In this document: positions 1-13,002 of the stretch, in pieces | Layout: each line of letters opens with the position of its first letter | How positions within the stretch are numbered: position 1 is the first letter of the stretch | DNA from: Gordius albopunctatus | Lineage: Eukaryota | Assembly: GCA_964276515.1 (NCBI GenBank) | Contig: OZ193909.1 | Coordinates: 16,616,001-16,680,000, forward strand | DNA: 64,000 bases | Reading direction: 5' to 3' | Made by a program: the position numbers and the translations under genes | The notes under the pieces: model-generated | Told to the model about the DNA's origin: nothing | Database searches by the model: none | What the model saw: the letters and a program-made list of their open reading frames with translations, nothing else

Positions 1-478
1 TGGTAATTATATTTGATCCTTTATATGAAACGAGTGAAAAATATTTTTCATATTTTGGCCATGGCAATTTCAATTCATCTTCTGATTTTGAATATTCAGA
101 ATCTGAAGATGACGACGATATAATAATATGATTGTCCATATTAACCTATAAATTAAACTATAATTAATAATATGAAATTAATTAACTTTAATCTTATCTA
201 CTTTTGCACGTTATAGTATGTTAAAAGTATTTCTGAATCGGTAATAGGAAACAAGAAAAACAGCTGATTAAAAAATATAAGAATTTTTTGTTTAAAAATT
301 CAAATTAACATTATTTTTCAAATAAATAAAAATGAAGATTTTTAAAATTGAACGAACGTTAAATTCGAACGCGTTCATCAAAAAAGGAACGCGTTCACGT
401 TCAAAGTTCACCAAAAAAAAAAAGAACGCCGTTCACGAACGCGTTCACAAAAATTGAACGCGTTAATTTACAGCACTA
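1..478 (-). mobile_element. Non-autonomous hAT element family A, partial (cut by window start)
   Basis: Near-identical to the right halves of 10825-11835 and 33774-34811; ends in TIR ...TTTACAGCACTA; subterminal GAACGCGTTC palindromes. Confidence 0.85.
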
Positions 479-944
479 CTTATGACTAAGTTTTTTTAGG
501 AAGGTACATTAGTTTTGTGGAACCAAGTTTTTACATCTTTTAATAATGGCTAGGGTATTAGAATTAAGAAAACACATTATTGAGGAACAACTTAGACTAT
601 TTATGATTATGAATCATTCAAGATTTTAGTATGAGCATTTTATTGGCTGGGCCCCCACCTTAAAAACCTATCGACTTATAGACATGGAGTATATGAAACG
701 TAATATGGCCCCCACAGATTTTTAAATATGCACAAGATCGTTTATAGGATTAATATATATAATGATGCTTAGAGTAATATCTTGAAAAATGGGTTTTAAA
801 AGTGCACCTATATGAACGTTGCCAAAAAACTTATCCCTAAAAAAATTATTTGTGAAAATTATTCTTCAAATTATTATTACCATAACATAAGAATTTCCTC
901 TCATTTTCTAATAAATTGGTTCCCTACTATGGTTTCCTTTTATA

Positions 945-1275
945 AAATCACCCGGCAAACTGTTTGCAGCTTCTTGTAGAGTTTTTTCCTGTGAACACAA
1001 ATAAACTTTTAGTTTTTGCCTTTGCGCATGGGCGTAACCAGGTTTTGGATTGGAGGGGGGGCGAAATTATTTTAAGTTCAATTAGGGTGGGGGGCAAAAC
1101 ATAAATTTTTTTAATTTTTAAGGGTTTTTGTATTGAATTTTTTTTCCATTTGCCACCCCCCCCCCGGCTACGTCAATGCCTAAACGTTAAGTTTTTGTGC
1201 CGTCAAAGTTGCTAAAACGGCGATTTTGGAGTTTTCCAAACGTTAACAACTTGCAAGTTGATCGGTTAAATTTTA
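945..1275. mobile_element. Degenerate TIR MITE (related to 32940-33110) carrying a nested G-run MITE at 1027-1179
   Basis: AAATCACCCGGCAAACTGTTTGC start shared with 32941; CATGGGCGTAACCAGG...GGCTACGTCAATG inside. Confidence 0.5.
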
Positions 1276-2306
1276 CTTTCATAAAAGGCAATTTTGGAGG
1301 ACAGTTTTAAGCATTCGTTCCCCGCCCCAACTTATACGATCATAAACCTAAATTTTGGTTTCTCACAAAGAGAGAATATTAGATGGTTTTATGATTTATT
1401 TAATTAATTTTTTTTAGAAACTTTGCTAATTTGTGGATTTATTATAAAAATATAAAAAATATATAGCTATTTATTTTTGAGATATCAAATTCTAATTATA
1501 AATTAAAAAATAAAGGCGCTAAAATTTAGTATTGAGCATTTTTTATATTCACTAAGGATTTTCATCATTTTTTCCTGACCATTTTTAGCGGAACAAAGTA
1601 AATAACATTTAAAAATATAAATTTTATACATTCCAATTTGTGTTTAATTTTGATTATAAATATCATTTTTGGTGAATTTATGCACATATATTTAGTCTAA
1701 TCATTTAAACCTAAGTGTTAAAAAACAAAAATGTTACACTTACCGCAAATATCTTTAAAAATCGCTATTTTTGTACATGGTCTCAGCCGAATTTAGATCA
1801 GAGCGGTTTTAAGAAATTTGATTGGGATGGAAAAATAATAATTTCAAAATTAAACCATGATTAAATTAATATACTAAAATAATCCTAAGATTTGAAGGGT
1901 AACAGCTGCCCTCCTTCGCCTCCCCCTAGCTTCCCCCGAAATATGCATTTTTAAAGAAGTTTAAATCCGAGAGATCATTTAAAGGATTTTTTCATTTGTA
2001 AACCGATTTGACCTGAGACAAATTTAACATTTTGTGCCCTACTCGCCCCTAAGCTAATTTAAATTATATTTAACTAAACGCGACCCAAATAAAATTTTGC
2101 AGGAGCAAAATAATAATTTTTTAAAATTTTAACATGTTTAGCATCAGGCTAATTTGATTTGAGGTAAAATTGAATTATAAACTCGTCTTGGTACAGTAAA
2201 GGTTAAAAATGCTGATAGATTTAGTTCATGATTCATAACATTTATAAATTAAATGTCAAATACACTTTACTAATAAGCTTAGGGTCATATTATGGGCGTA
2301 GGAAGC

Positions 2307-2708
2307 AGAGACCAGATGGCCGGCAACTGTTGTAAATTTTAACTTTCGGGCGGTCCCCATAACAAGATTCGGGCAATTTGGGCTAAATTTTGTTTTTAAA
2401 ATAAAGTATTATATTGTTTTTGTGTATATTTTGACACTTTTTAAATTGATTTCATAATGTTTGTTGTTAATCCAGTTCTCATTTTAAAAAAAAATCAAAA
2501 ATTAAGATAACATTTTTAAAAAATATAACGATATTAGCGCTAAAAATTTTAAAATACACCATTTCGGGCCAGGCAGTTCGGGCAGCTGGGATAATTCGGG
2601 CATTTCCGGGCGCACACATAGAATGGTTCGGGTGGACTCGGGCGGGCAAATTAATTATAAAATCGGGCCGGGCCTGGGGCAGAAAAATGGTAACAAATCT
2701 GACCTCTG
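2307..2708. mobile_element. hAT-like MITE with TCGGGC subterminal repeats, nested in a G-run MITE (about 2292-2826)
   Basis: CAGAGACCAGA...TCTGACCTCTG termini; many TTCGGGC units; TSD degenerate. Confidence 0.5.
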
Positions 2709-3363
2709 GTAGCAGAGTGGCAGCTGCCCCCCTCTAAATCCGGAAATTAATATAATTATGACTTTAATTTCAGAAAATTACTATTTTGCCCCTCCCTAAG
2801 CACTGTTGCCCCCTGGTACGCCCTTGGGTTATATAAAATTAATATTGGAAAATTTAATCGAAATTCCCTAAGACAAAAAATATTAATTCAAAATTTTGAG
2901 TTTAATAAATAAGGAATCTAATATTTTGTCGTACAAAAATTTGTCTTGTAAAATAATATAAAAGTGAATATTTTTTATTATACATTGACATTTGCCTTAA
3001 AAAATGTTTTATATCCTCGATGATGGTTATTAAATTTCTTATCATACTACATTAGTTTCATCTACACGTGTTGATGATTTAGCCAGTGACAACAGCAAAA
3101 GCCTTAAGACATCATTATCATCTTTTTAGATCCATGTAAAATACTTTAAGATTTCTGAGCCATGTCGCCTTTTTAAAAATATCTAAAATATAAATTCCTG
3201 AAAAGTAAAATAATTATATATATTTTTATTATTATATTTGCTATTAAGATAACTAAATATATTGATAACTAGGTTAATCGACAAAAATACACTATTTAAC
3301 TTGAATATTTTTTGCTTATTTATTATAAAATGTTATTTATAATATTTCAATAGATTTTTAAAA

Positions 3364-4059
3364 ATGCAAAATTATGGAAATCGCCCTATGGTCAATAGAT
3401 CTTCTTTACAGCTTTTATGTCGAAGTTTCGAAAATTGGATGGGAGTAACTGAAATTAGAGAATACGTAATACAAAAACCGAAGCAATGTTTTATACTGGT
3501 TGTATTGCTAATATCCCTCCTATTTCCTCTCAGTTTTTATTTGACATTTACTATTACGACATTTTGCATCACCTTCACCATCTTTTTAATTGTCCAAGGT
3601 AATATTTCTCTAAAAAAAATTAATTTTTTTTAATTTTAATCGTTTCTTCAAGCATTTTATAAAAAAAATTGTTTTATTTATATCAGTGCTACATAATTTT
3701 TTTGAACGCAATTTTAGCATTAAATTAAAAAATGTATATCTAAAACAGTGATCTGGTCATTTTACAGTGTTTATCGGTAAACAATTTTAAACCTTATTAA
3801 ATTTTTATTATTAAAGGTAACGTTAAATGATTTAAATCTTTTAGGTAGTTTGGTATTTACTTCAACTTTAGCGGTGGCCACAGTTTTAGCCATTTCGCTT
3901 CCATTTTCAATGCTATTCGTTGTCATAGCTCTGACAGGAAAAAATATCATTAATGCCATCTGGAAAACGTTTAAAATTATCTTACTTTTTATTATCAAAT
4001 ATACTTTTCATCTAGATGTAAAAACACCATATTTACCAAACTATTTAAGTTTAAATTGA
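3364..4059 (+). CDS. Promethin/LDAF1 (TMEM159)-like hairpin membrane protein; exons 3364-3598, 3845-4059
   Basis: Two hydrophobic ORFs join in frame over a GT-AG intron (…LIVQ-G-SLVFTST…); 'LFPLSFYL…IVQG' pattern and long hydrophobic stretch resemble promethin; an upstream exon is possible. Confidence 0.5.
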
Positions 4060-4892
4060 CGCTCCTTAATTTTTATATCAAATTAAAATCAGCATTGAAA
4101 GCATTAAAATAATAGAAAAATACAAATTTTTAAATTTTACATTGCATTTTTGAATTGTTTCATCAACACTTGATTATAATTTTATAAATGACAAAACAGA
4201 TGCCATGGAAATGTCAATTAATGTCAAGGCCTTAGAGAGAGGCAATAAATATAGTATACACATTTTTAGATGAGATTACTAAACAAATATTTAATTAAAA
4301 AGGGTTGTATAAATATCAAAAAAAGAGCTTTGAATTTTTGTTAATTTGCCATTGAAAATTTATCCCAAGTCGAGTAGTATGAACAGTGGCGTAGCTAGCG
4401 TTTTTGCCTTGGGGGGGGCGAGCTTTGATTTCACACAGGTAGAAAGGGATCTAACGCAATCAAAAAACTTTTGCCCATAAACGTTAAGTCCAACTTAAAA
4501 TTTCTTTATTACTTTGTGTATGTATTTCTTCTTTTAACTCGCTTAAAGTTTTATCGAATTAAGTCCATGTATCAGATCCTTCATATGTTTATAGGGCATA
4601 AAATAAAATAAATCATTCATAAATAAAACAAAGTAATGTAGTTGAAACTATTATATCAAGACAATACAGAAATTTTCACAAGGTATAGTAAGTTTGTGTA
4701 CAAATAAATTACAAGGGCACAAAATGGAACCGGAATATTGACAAGAAAACTTTTATATTTTAAAAAATAATACAAATAGTAAAAAACTATACAATAAAGT
4801 TTTTATAAAAATCTTGTATTGCCACAACCCCAAAATTTGGGCTATATTTCTGACAAATCTTAATTTTACACATATGATATTGGCAGCATTTA

Positions 4893-5401
4893 ATGGCGAA
4901 GTATATCCGGTGTAATGTGCGACAAGAAAATGCCAATATGGTTGAAGAGCAAAGCTTACAAATCCATCGTAAGACCGGTGTTACTCTGTGGAAGTGAAAC
5001 ATGGGCATTAAACACCACGGAAGGAAAGCTATTACAAGCCACGGAGATGAGAATTATACGGTGGAGCTTGGGGTATACTAAGCTCGACCATATGACGAAT
5101 GACTTTCTCATGACAAAAATGGGTATTCAACCTATGGCGGAGATGATTAACGAAAATCGGCTAAGGTGGTATGGGCATATACTAAGAAGGGACCCGGATG
5201 ACGTAAATCGAAAAGTGCTAGACATGAAAATACCGGGGAAGAGAGGAAGAGGACGACCCCGTGTCACGTGGAAAAGGCAAGTCGATAAAGTTATGGAAAC
5301 TAAAGAGATTCGTCAAGACATGGCAATAACCCGGTCAAGATGGAAGAGACTCATCAAAACAAACCCCACCAATGTGGGACCAAATAACTGATAAAGAAGA
5401 A
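4893..5401 (+). mobile_element. 5'-truncated RTE-clade LINE (family RTE-A)
   Basis: RT C-terminal region (YKSIVRPVLLCGSETW, RLRWYGH, RGRGRPR); (GAA)n tail; TSD GATATTGGCAGCATTTA at 4876-4892 and 5402-5418; matches 55345-55857. Confidence 0.92.
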
Positions 5402-6042
5402 GATATTGGCAGCATTTATATCAGAAACACAATGACAACATCTAAAAGCCTTTTTTAAGATTAGATCCTTAACAGGCGAAATTATAACATAAAATATAAA
5501 AAACTTAATTGTAAAATTAGAATTCTCAAATGCGAGAATGAATATTTAAAAGTTATAATGATATTATAGATTTATTTGCACAAACCCCCTTTACCCAATC
5601 AAAAATTTAAAATGAACTAATAAATTAACGGCTAAAATTATCCTTAGAAATATTCTGTCATAAATGAATTAAAATTTTTAATCATTTTATATGAAACTAG
5701 AGATGTGAAATGCACAGAACAACTTAGAGCTTGTGTACATTTTGTTGATTCCAATCCAATGACACACATATAGAATTTTTCTAGGATCCTTGAAAGTTTT
5801 GTTTTGATGCATTAACAATTGTCAATAAAATGTATGAATTTGTTATTAATATTAATTTAAAAGCAATATGTGCTGCTCAAACTTATGATGGGGTATCACT
5901 AATGAAGGAGAAAAAATGGCGTGCAAATGCAAGCCATTTTTCAAAAATCATTGGCTTTATATGTGCATGTGGCACATAAAAAATATGCAAGAGATGTTAA
6001 ACAATAAGCATGCGAGACGGACCAGGATGGGTTTTCGTGAAT

Positions 6043-6570
6043 TTAATAATATTAATTGCTATGCAATTTATGGGCTCACTTTTCATTTGTTTATGTTACT
6101 CTGTTCGTGTCACGCACCGAATGTCACGTTGTTTATTTTTTGTTCGTATTAATTTAACGATCCCGGAGATGTCAATTTTTTATATTTTTTTTAAATTAAT
6201 ATATTGTCCTTGTTACTACCATTGATAATATGACTTTTTGGCCGTTCGCTGGCTGCTAACCAATGGAATTTTTTTCGTTTTTTTTTGACTCTTATGTATT
6301 AATAGACTACTCTTGGTACTGACCAATGGAAAAATATGACCTTTGTTTTAACTAGTTTTTGGGTTCGAATCCCGGGTTTTTTTTGAATCTTATGATTGTT
6401 CTTGTTACTAACATTGATAATAAGACTTTTTGGCCGTCCGTTGGATGCTGACCGATGAAAAAAGGACCATTGGCCAAATTGTGAATCGAATTTTTTTTCG
6501 TTTTTTTTGACTCGTGTGTATTTATAGACCGTCTCTTGGTATTGACCAAGGGAAAAAATGACCATTGGCC
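6043..6570 (+). repeat. Helentron/HINE-like repeat with internal tandem units (same family as about 7557-7910 and 58130-58612)
   Basis: TTAATTGCTATGCAATTTATGGGCTC head shared with the minus strand near 58590-58612; repeated TTACTACCATTGATAATATGACTTTTTGGCCG units. Confidence 0.5.
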
Positions 6571-7556
6571 ATATTATTTATAAGTGAAGGCTAAAACTTC
6601 AAAATGCTCCTCCCAAAATCATTATAAAATACTGATTTTTTAAAATTAATGGGCAACTGCCCCCCCCCCTACCTCTCCTAGATATTCCCAGACAAGGGGG
6701 TAAATTTTACCCCTGGCCGCCCTGGGAACCTACGGGTAAAATTTGGATGCTTACTTAAGTAACAACACAACATAATTTCTTAAATTCTTGCCCTTTAAAT
6801 TATCACATAAAATTTCACAATATAAATATTGATTTTATATTATTGTTTCATTTTATTATATAATATATTAAAATATTTTAAAAAGTCAAATAAATTTTTT
6901 TAATAAAAAATGTTGAAATTTTAATTAAAAAAATTGATTTAATATCTATAAGAGTTCCAAAATCAATAAATTAACGGGGTTGCACGATATTTTGCATATC
7001 TTATTTATGGCGTTTGAATCAATAGAATTAGATAGCAATTAATAACCTCTCTCCCCTCCACCCCCCCTGTAAAATCAATACGTCAGGGGTTTTTGAAAAA
7101 TTTTATATCCATCCGATCCGAGTTTTTTAAAATCTAAATCCGATCCGATCCGAGTTTTGACGGATCGGATCGGATGTCGGATCGGATTGATCCGTGCACA
7201 CCTCTAGTTAGTATTGCCTCTCTCCTATTCAAAATCTTGGCTAGGCCCAATTTGATCACCGTTTTCAAGATTATTGATATAAAATCCAAAAATGTGGGAT
7301 GTTCTTAAAACCCTGCACGCCGCCCGAAGCCCGACCGGGATCGAGAGCCCCCCCCCCAAATATTTTATAATTTTTTTGCGGACCCCATTTTTTTCATAAT
7401 AATTTATATTTGTTTAAATTATCTATAATATATTGATTTTCTATTATTGTTTCATTTTATTATATAGTAAACATAAAACACAACTTTATTATTTCATTAT
7501 CTATATAAATAACAAAAACTTCTACCATTCAAAAAATTATTTTCATTATTTAAATA

Positions 7557-8095
7557 CCAGCAGGGTGTGAGTGGTTATCGCGAACGGCTTGTAAACAGGA
7601 AGTAACGAGTTCGAATCCCAGAGAGGACAAAAAATTTTTTTTTAATTAAATTAATATTTTGTTCCTGTTACTACCATTGCTATTATGACTTTTTGGCCGT
7701 CCGCTGGCTACTGACCAATGAAAAAAAGACCATTGGCCGCATTATGAATAAAAAATTTTTTTTTGAATAGGTTAACATTAATAATAATTACCCTAAGCCC
7801 TCCCCTACAAGGGCGTATGCCTCTACTGATATACGTCCCTGTGCCCCCCCCCCTACAAAAGCCTATGCCTCTTCTGATGTGGGTTCGAATCCCGGAGAGG
7901 ACAAATTTTTTTTAATTAAATGGAAAATTTGTATAAATAATTAACTAATCATTTTGCATTTAGACCCCCTTTAGGCATTCTCGCCCCTTCCCACCTTTCT
8001 CGCCCATAAATTGCATATCAAATATGCTACGTTTATACGCAATATAGATGAGTCGTTCTCCCTTCCCTTCCCACGAGGGCCGAAGGCCCGAGTTT
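7557..8095 (+). repeat. Same repeat family with a tRNA-like segment; GGGCCGAAGGCCC hairpin near 8077-8089
   Basis: A-box/B-box-like GAGTGGTTA…GAGTTCGAATCCC at 7569-7619; hairpin followed by GAGTTTT. Confidence 0.45.
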
Positions 8096-8794
8096 TATGA
8101 TAAATTAATAAAATACTGAGCACATTTTACTGAACATTTTTTAATTTATTAGTGTGCATTTAAATACCATCCTTTTTTAGATTTGGTCACGTCACGTTAT
8201 ATAGAGTTAGTAAATAAAATAAAATTGCTTAAAAATTTTATCTCGATTGACTTAAATATGAAGTTTATGCTGCTTAAATGAGGAATTCTTAATTAAGATA
8301 GAAAAATAGTAAATTTGTTTTTGGTTCCGCCAGGCCGTCTTACTATTTATACAATCTAAAATACATGAAATTCGTCCATAAAAGAACTATTAAAAAATAC
8401 AAGGTGTGTATATCACAGAATACCATAGATAGGCAGGGAAAATGTGTTATAAAAATATAACACAATGTAGATGGCAGCATATTTTGAATACACATGCATT
8501 AATTCTATCAAACAAAATGATAATTTATTAGAGAGTAAATATTTATAGATTATATACGTAATTTGCTATTAAAATAAATTTATTTGAACTATTTTTAATA
8601 TATATATATACTTAATAAATTTTTTTTGTTAGAGACTATAATTTAGTCGTAAAATTAAGATATAAAAAATGAGTAGTTCTGCTATTATTCAATCGATGAT
8701 AGGATAATATAAATCAATTTTGAAATCATTTAATGAATTGCTAGAAAAAGATTAAAAATCTCATATTTTTTTGCAACGTTTAGAAGTTAATTAC

Positions 8795-9727
8795 CAGTGA
8801 TTTGTCCCGAACCCGGTAAAACCCGATGTTTTACCCAACCCGAACCCATTTTTAAAAATAGCCTTAAAACCCGAACCCGATGAATACAAAAAAGGGTTCG
8901 GGTTTTTAATTCAAAAATATATTGTGAACTGAATAAATACATTTAATAAAAAATTGGCGGAAGTTGGCTGTAATGATTCTAGTGATAAAATACAATTATC
9001 ATTGCCTGATAAAACGGATAAGCTTGAGAAGCTTTTAAGAATGAAAGATCAAAGTAAAACTATTAATATGGAAAATGTTAAAAGTGCAGGAAAAAGTATA
9101 GGTTCTCTCTTGACATTGTTCTTGGATCAAAATAGAATTGGACGAGATGAGAACTTATTAGAATTTTGGGAGAAAAAACATGAACATCCCAAGATTTATC
9201 AGTTAGCCCAGCAGGTTGTATTAGCTGTTCCACCTACCCAAGTTAGCGTGGAAAGAGCTTTTTCCTCGTTAAAATTTATTCTATCAAATTATCGATCACA
9301 AATTACTGATCAAATATTAGAAGATGTTTTAATTGTAAGATTAAATAATATATCAAAATCATATACATAATTTATGTGTCAACTGTATTTATATTTCATG
9401 ATGTGAAGTATGCGTTGAATAAAAATATTTTTGTGTAATTTAGAATATGGTATGGCTTTTATTAATTATATTTTTATTGCTTTTAAATCCAAAAATAAAT
9501 TAGAACATTAAAAATTCAATAAATACATATGCACAATGAGATGAAATAATTGGCATGTGAATTTAATTAGGTGCTATTTAAAAATTAAGTTAACTCTTCA
9601 ATAATTTTTTGAAGATAAAAATGTATTATTAGTATAATAAAATTTCTTGAACCCGAACCTGTACCCGAACCCAATGCCTTAAACCGAACACGAACCCGAT
9701 TTTATTTTGGGCGGGTTCAAACCCCTG
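8795..9727 (+). mobile_element. Internally deleted hAT element retaining the C-terminal dimerization domain (ORF 8954-9370)
   Basis: LEFW…YQLA…AVPPTQVSVERAFS motif; CCCGAACCC subterminal repeats; imperfect TIRs CAGTGATTTG/CAAACCCCTG; no clear TSD. Confidence 0.75.
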
Positions 9728-10824
9728 CTGGGTAATACTGAAATATCAAAATTTGAAGCTAAATCTTTCACCTTATTATAAAGAAGTTGATAGTGATTAT
9801 TATTTATAATATCATTTAAAGTTAATTTGCATCCTTTGTTGTCTTAGGACTTGTCTCAATATCGGATTCATATTCAAATCGCGCGAATTATCTTTGTCTA
9901 AATATCCGATTCAATTTCATGGGTTAAACCCGGTGTAATTCTTAATATTTTGTTTTTTGATAGTTAACGTTTTTTGTTTATTTCTACTCTTGAGATTAAA
10001 TCTAAACTTTGCTGATACCCAAAAATTTAAGAACTTACAACATTTGATCTTTTAGAATCTTACAAAATCGCTGTTATGCGTCTGAAATGTAAATCTGCTG
10101 TGAATTCGAAGTAAAGACACGGCTATGTTACATCTAGAGCCCTGCAAAATTGAATTTAATCGGTCCGAGCCCGAAACTTTTTATTTTTTGCCCGAGCCCG
10201 ACCCGAGCCCGATTTGTTTTTTTCACTCAGGCCCGACCCGAGCCCGGCCCGACTTTTGTAAAAATGTAAATTTGTACCAATTTTATTTCAAAAATTTATT
10301 TATAAATATATTACGTATCGCGAATATTATGTGATTTAAAATATGAATAATTATGGTAAATAAATAAAGTGGAGTCTAATTTATCGGGTTTTAACGAAGT
10401 CCTTCTCTCTTCGTAAGCTCGCCCAGCTGTAGAAAAGGCTCGCTCACTGCTAGCTGATGTAGCAGGTATTTCCAAATACTTTCTAGCCAAATTGCTCAAA
10501 CAAGGAAATTCACTCTGATGCATCTTCCACCATTCCAAAACTTCCATACCATCAATATAATTCGTATTTAAATATTTATGAAATTCATCTTCCTCAGCTT
10601 CGTTATCTATTCTGGGCTCTTCCCAACTACCAAAATCTAAAAATTATTCCTCCATTATATTATCTAGAAAAATAATAAGTGCTTAATGCAAATTAAAAAA
10701 TTACCATGCTCGACGGCTATACTAGGCGTGGGACTTTGAATAGGTTTAATTAAAAAGTTAATTCCTAAGCATGGAAAAGTTTCCTATTAAAAAATTGTAA
10801 TAATACTAAAAATATTAAAATAAT

Positions 10825-11835
10825 TAGTGCTGTAAACATTTGTAAAAAAATCGAACGCGTTCACGTTCGTTTAAAAAGATTCGTTCAAAATTTTATGATA
10901 ATTTTTTTAAAGTTTAATTTAATATAAATAAATGTCTTATATTTTTTAATACAATAAATAGCCCTGATAAAAAATGAAAGTTTTATTTCGACAATATAAT
11001 TATAAATCCATATAATCTATTTTTTTATTTATTTTTAATAATAATTGTTTTTCAAAATTGTCTTCTGATAAGCAGGGACGCTTGGCAGTTAATACAGCAT
11101 TAGCTATACTAAAAACCTGCTCCACAGGGGCAGATGAGGGTATTGGAGTATTATACTTAATAAACAAATTTTCTAAAGGAGGAAATTTATTAAAACTTTT
11201 AATGTTTTTTTCCTCGCTTCAAAAAATTGCGACAAGATATCATCCTCCAATGCGCCCTCTACTTCCTCGCCAAAAAATGATATCTCGGAATTGACAGCTC
11301 TTTCATTATCAATTCTAGGGGTTTCAATCCCTTTTATCAATAACACTAAAAGTTTATTCTTTATAGGTCATTTTAATTATTGAATTTGATCTTTTATATG
11401 GAACGAGTGAAAAATATTTTTCATATTTTGGCCATGGCAATTTCAATTCATCTGCTGATTTTGAATATTCAGAATCTGAAGATGACGACGATATAATATT
11501 ATGATTTTCCATATTAACCTATAAATTAAACTATAATTAATAATATAAAATTAATTAACTTTAATCTTATCTTCTTTTGCACGTTATAGTATGTTAAAAG
11601 TATTTCGGAATTGGTAAAAGGAAACAGGAAAAACAGCTGATTAAAAAATATAATACTTTTTTGTAAAAAATTCGGATTGACATTAATTTTCAAATAAATA
11701 AAAATAAAAAAGGGTTTTTAAAATTGAACGAAGGTTAAATTCGAACGCGTTCATCAAAAAAGGAACGCGTTCACGATCAAAGTTCACCAAAAAATAAAAG
11801 AACGCCGTTCATGAGCGCGTTCATTTACAGCACTA
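10825..11835 (-). mobile_element. Non-autonomous hAT family A, full copy (nested)
   Basis: TIR TAGTGCTGTAAA/TTTACAGCACTA; 8-bp TSD AAAATAAT. Confidence 0.93.
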
Positions 11836-12037
11836 AAAATAATGATATCTTACCGATGGGCTGGGGTGTGAATGATATTACAATACTGAAAAATTATGTA
11901 GGGGGTGGCGTTCTTGATTCAACTCTCCCTTTCTCCTAACCTAACAACTTACCCCTAATAAATCATACTCACCACATACATTATAAAACTATATCAACAT
12001 AGGCATACCATACACATAAAACACACACAGTCTATTG

Positions 12038-12228
12038 TAGAGTTGTTAAATTGCTAACTTTCTTCAAACTCCAGACGCGAGCACGCACACTAAGTTGCTT
12101 AATATGCGCGTTAGCACAATATGTGCTCTCTGTTCGGTGCATTAGGTAGAACATTAGCATATAAAAATGCCCGTGGACCGAGCAGATGGTAGCTGGAGTT
12201 GAAGAAAGTTAGCAATTTAACAACTCTA
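12038..12228. mobile_element. hAT MITE (nested)
   Basis: About 36-bp TIR TAGAGTTGTTAAATTGCTAACTTTCTTCAA…; 8-bp TSD GTCTATTG. Confidence 0.92.
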
Positions 12229-13002
12229 GTCTATTGTCTAAATATATTCTCTATGTAAGAATAGGGTTTAAAAACACGCAACGCGTCTAAATCAAAAACT
12301 TAAAATCAAACAAATTAATATATGGGGGGTAGTGAAATTCTAAATATTTATTTGTAGGGGGATTATCTTGTATTGTAATTATATTTTGGATTAATATTTA
12401 TTCAAATTTTTTTTTCGGGCTCGGGCCAGGTGTCGGGCTGGCCCATCAGGCCCGATCAATGTTTTAAAATTTGCCCGAGCTCGAACGGCCCGTGCAGGGC
12501 TCTAGTTACATCCCATACGACGATTTTTGCTGTGCAGCAAAATCCGATATTAAGATAAACCCTTATACAGCATCTTTATTTGTAATATAATTAAAAGTTT
12601 TATTCAAAATTAAATAATCTTAATCATCATATTGTTTCTTATTAAAAAAAATTGCTTAAGGGGCCAAAGATTTTTCCTTGGGGAAGGGGGCTCGGCCCAC
12701 TTAGCTGGCACTGACTATAAAATGTTGGAGTGAGCACAATCTGAGGCAATATATAATCTACCTCATACTCCATAAATATAAATTTATTTAAAATCCCTTA
12801 AATATAAATTTTATAAATGTAACAAACAAATTTATAAATAGAAATAGTTGTCACCTATAAAGATCATAATACAAAATATTTAAATATGTGAGCATTTAAA
12901 TATTGAGAAAACAAAGGGTGAGTTTGATATTAAACAATACAATTCATGTTTAATTTTAATAAATCTCTTTTCCCCAAATCAAGTATTAACACCAAATAAT
13001 AA

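Larger units (their letters stand above)
10135..12504 (-). mobile_element. Internally deleted hAT element with dimerization-domain ORF 10311-10547
   Basis: TIR TAGAGCCCTGCA/TGCAGGGCTCTA; 8-bp TSD GTTACATC; LEWWK…FPCLSNLARKYLEIPATSASSERAFS; GCCCGA repeats. Confidence 0.92.
9847..12562. mobile_element. PIF/Harbinger-like MITE, outer host of a nested hAT cluster
   Basis: 22-bp imperfect TIRs GGACTTGTCTCAATATCGGATT / AATCCGATATTAAGATAAACCC (18/22); TTA on both sides. Confidence 0.5.

Noticed and set aside
350..470. CRISPR-like or operator-like array of GAACGCGTTC palindromes
   Set aside because: Subterminal repeats of hAT family A; no unique spacers; eukaryotic context
7563..7628. Functional tRNA-Thr gene
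   Set aside because: Acceptor and anticodon stems do not pair; part of a dispersed repeat
11058..11294. Plus-strand ORF duplicated at 34030-34236
   Set aside because: Antisense shadow of the hAT dimerization-domain sequence
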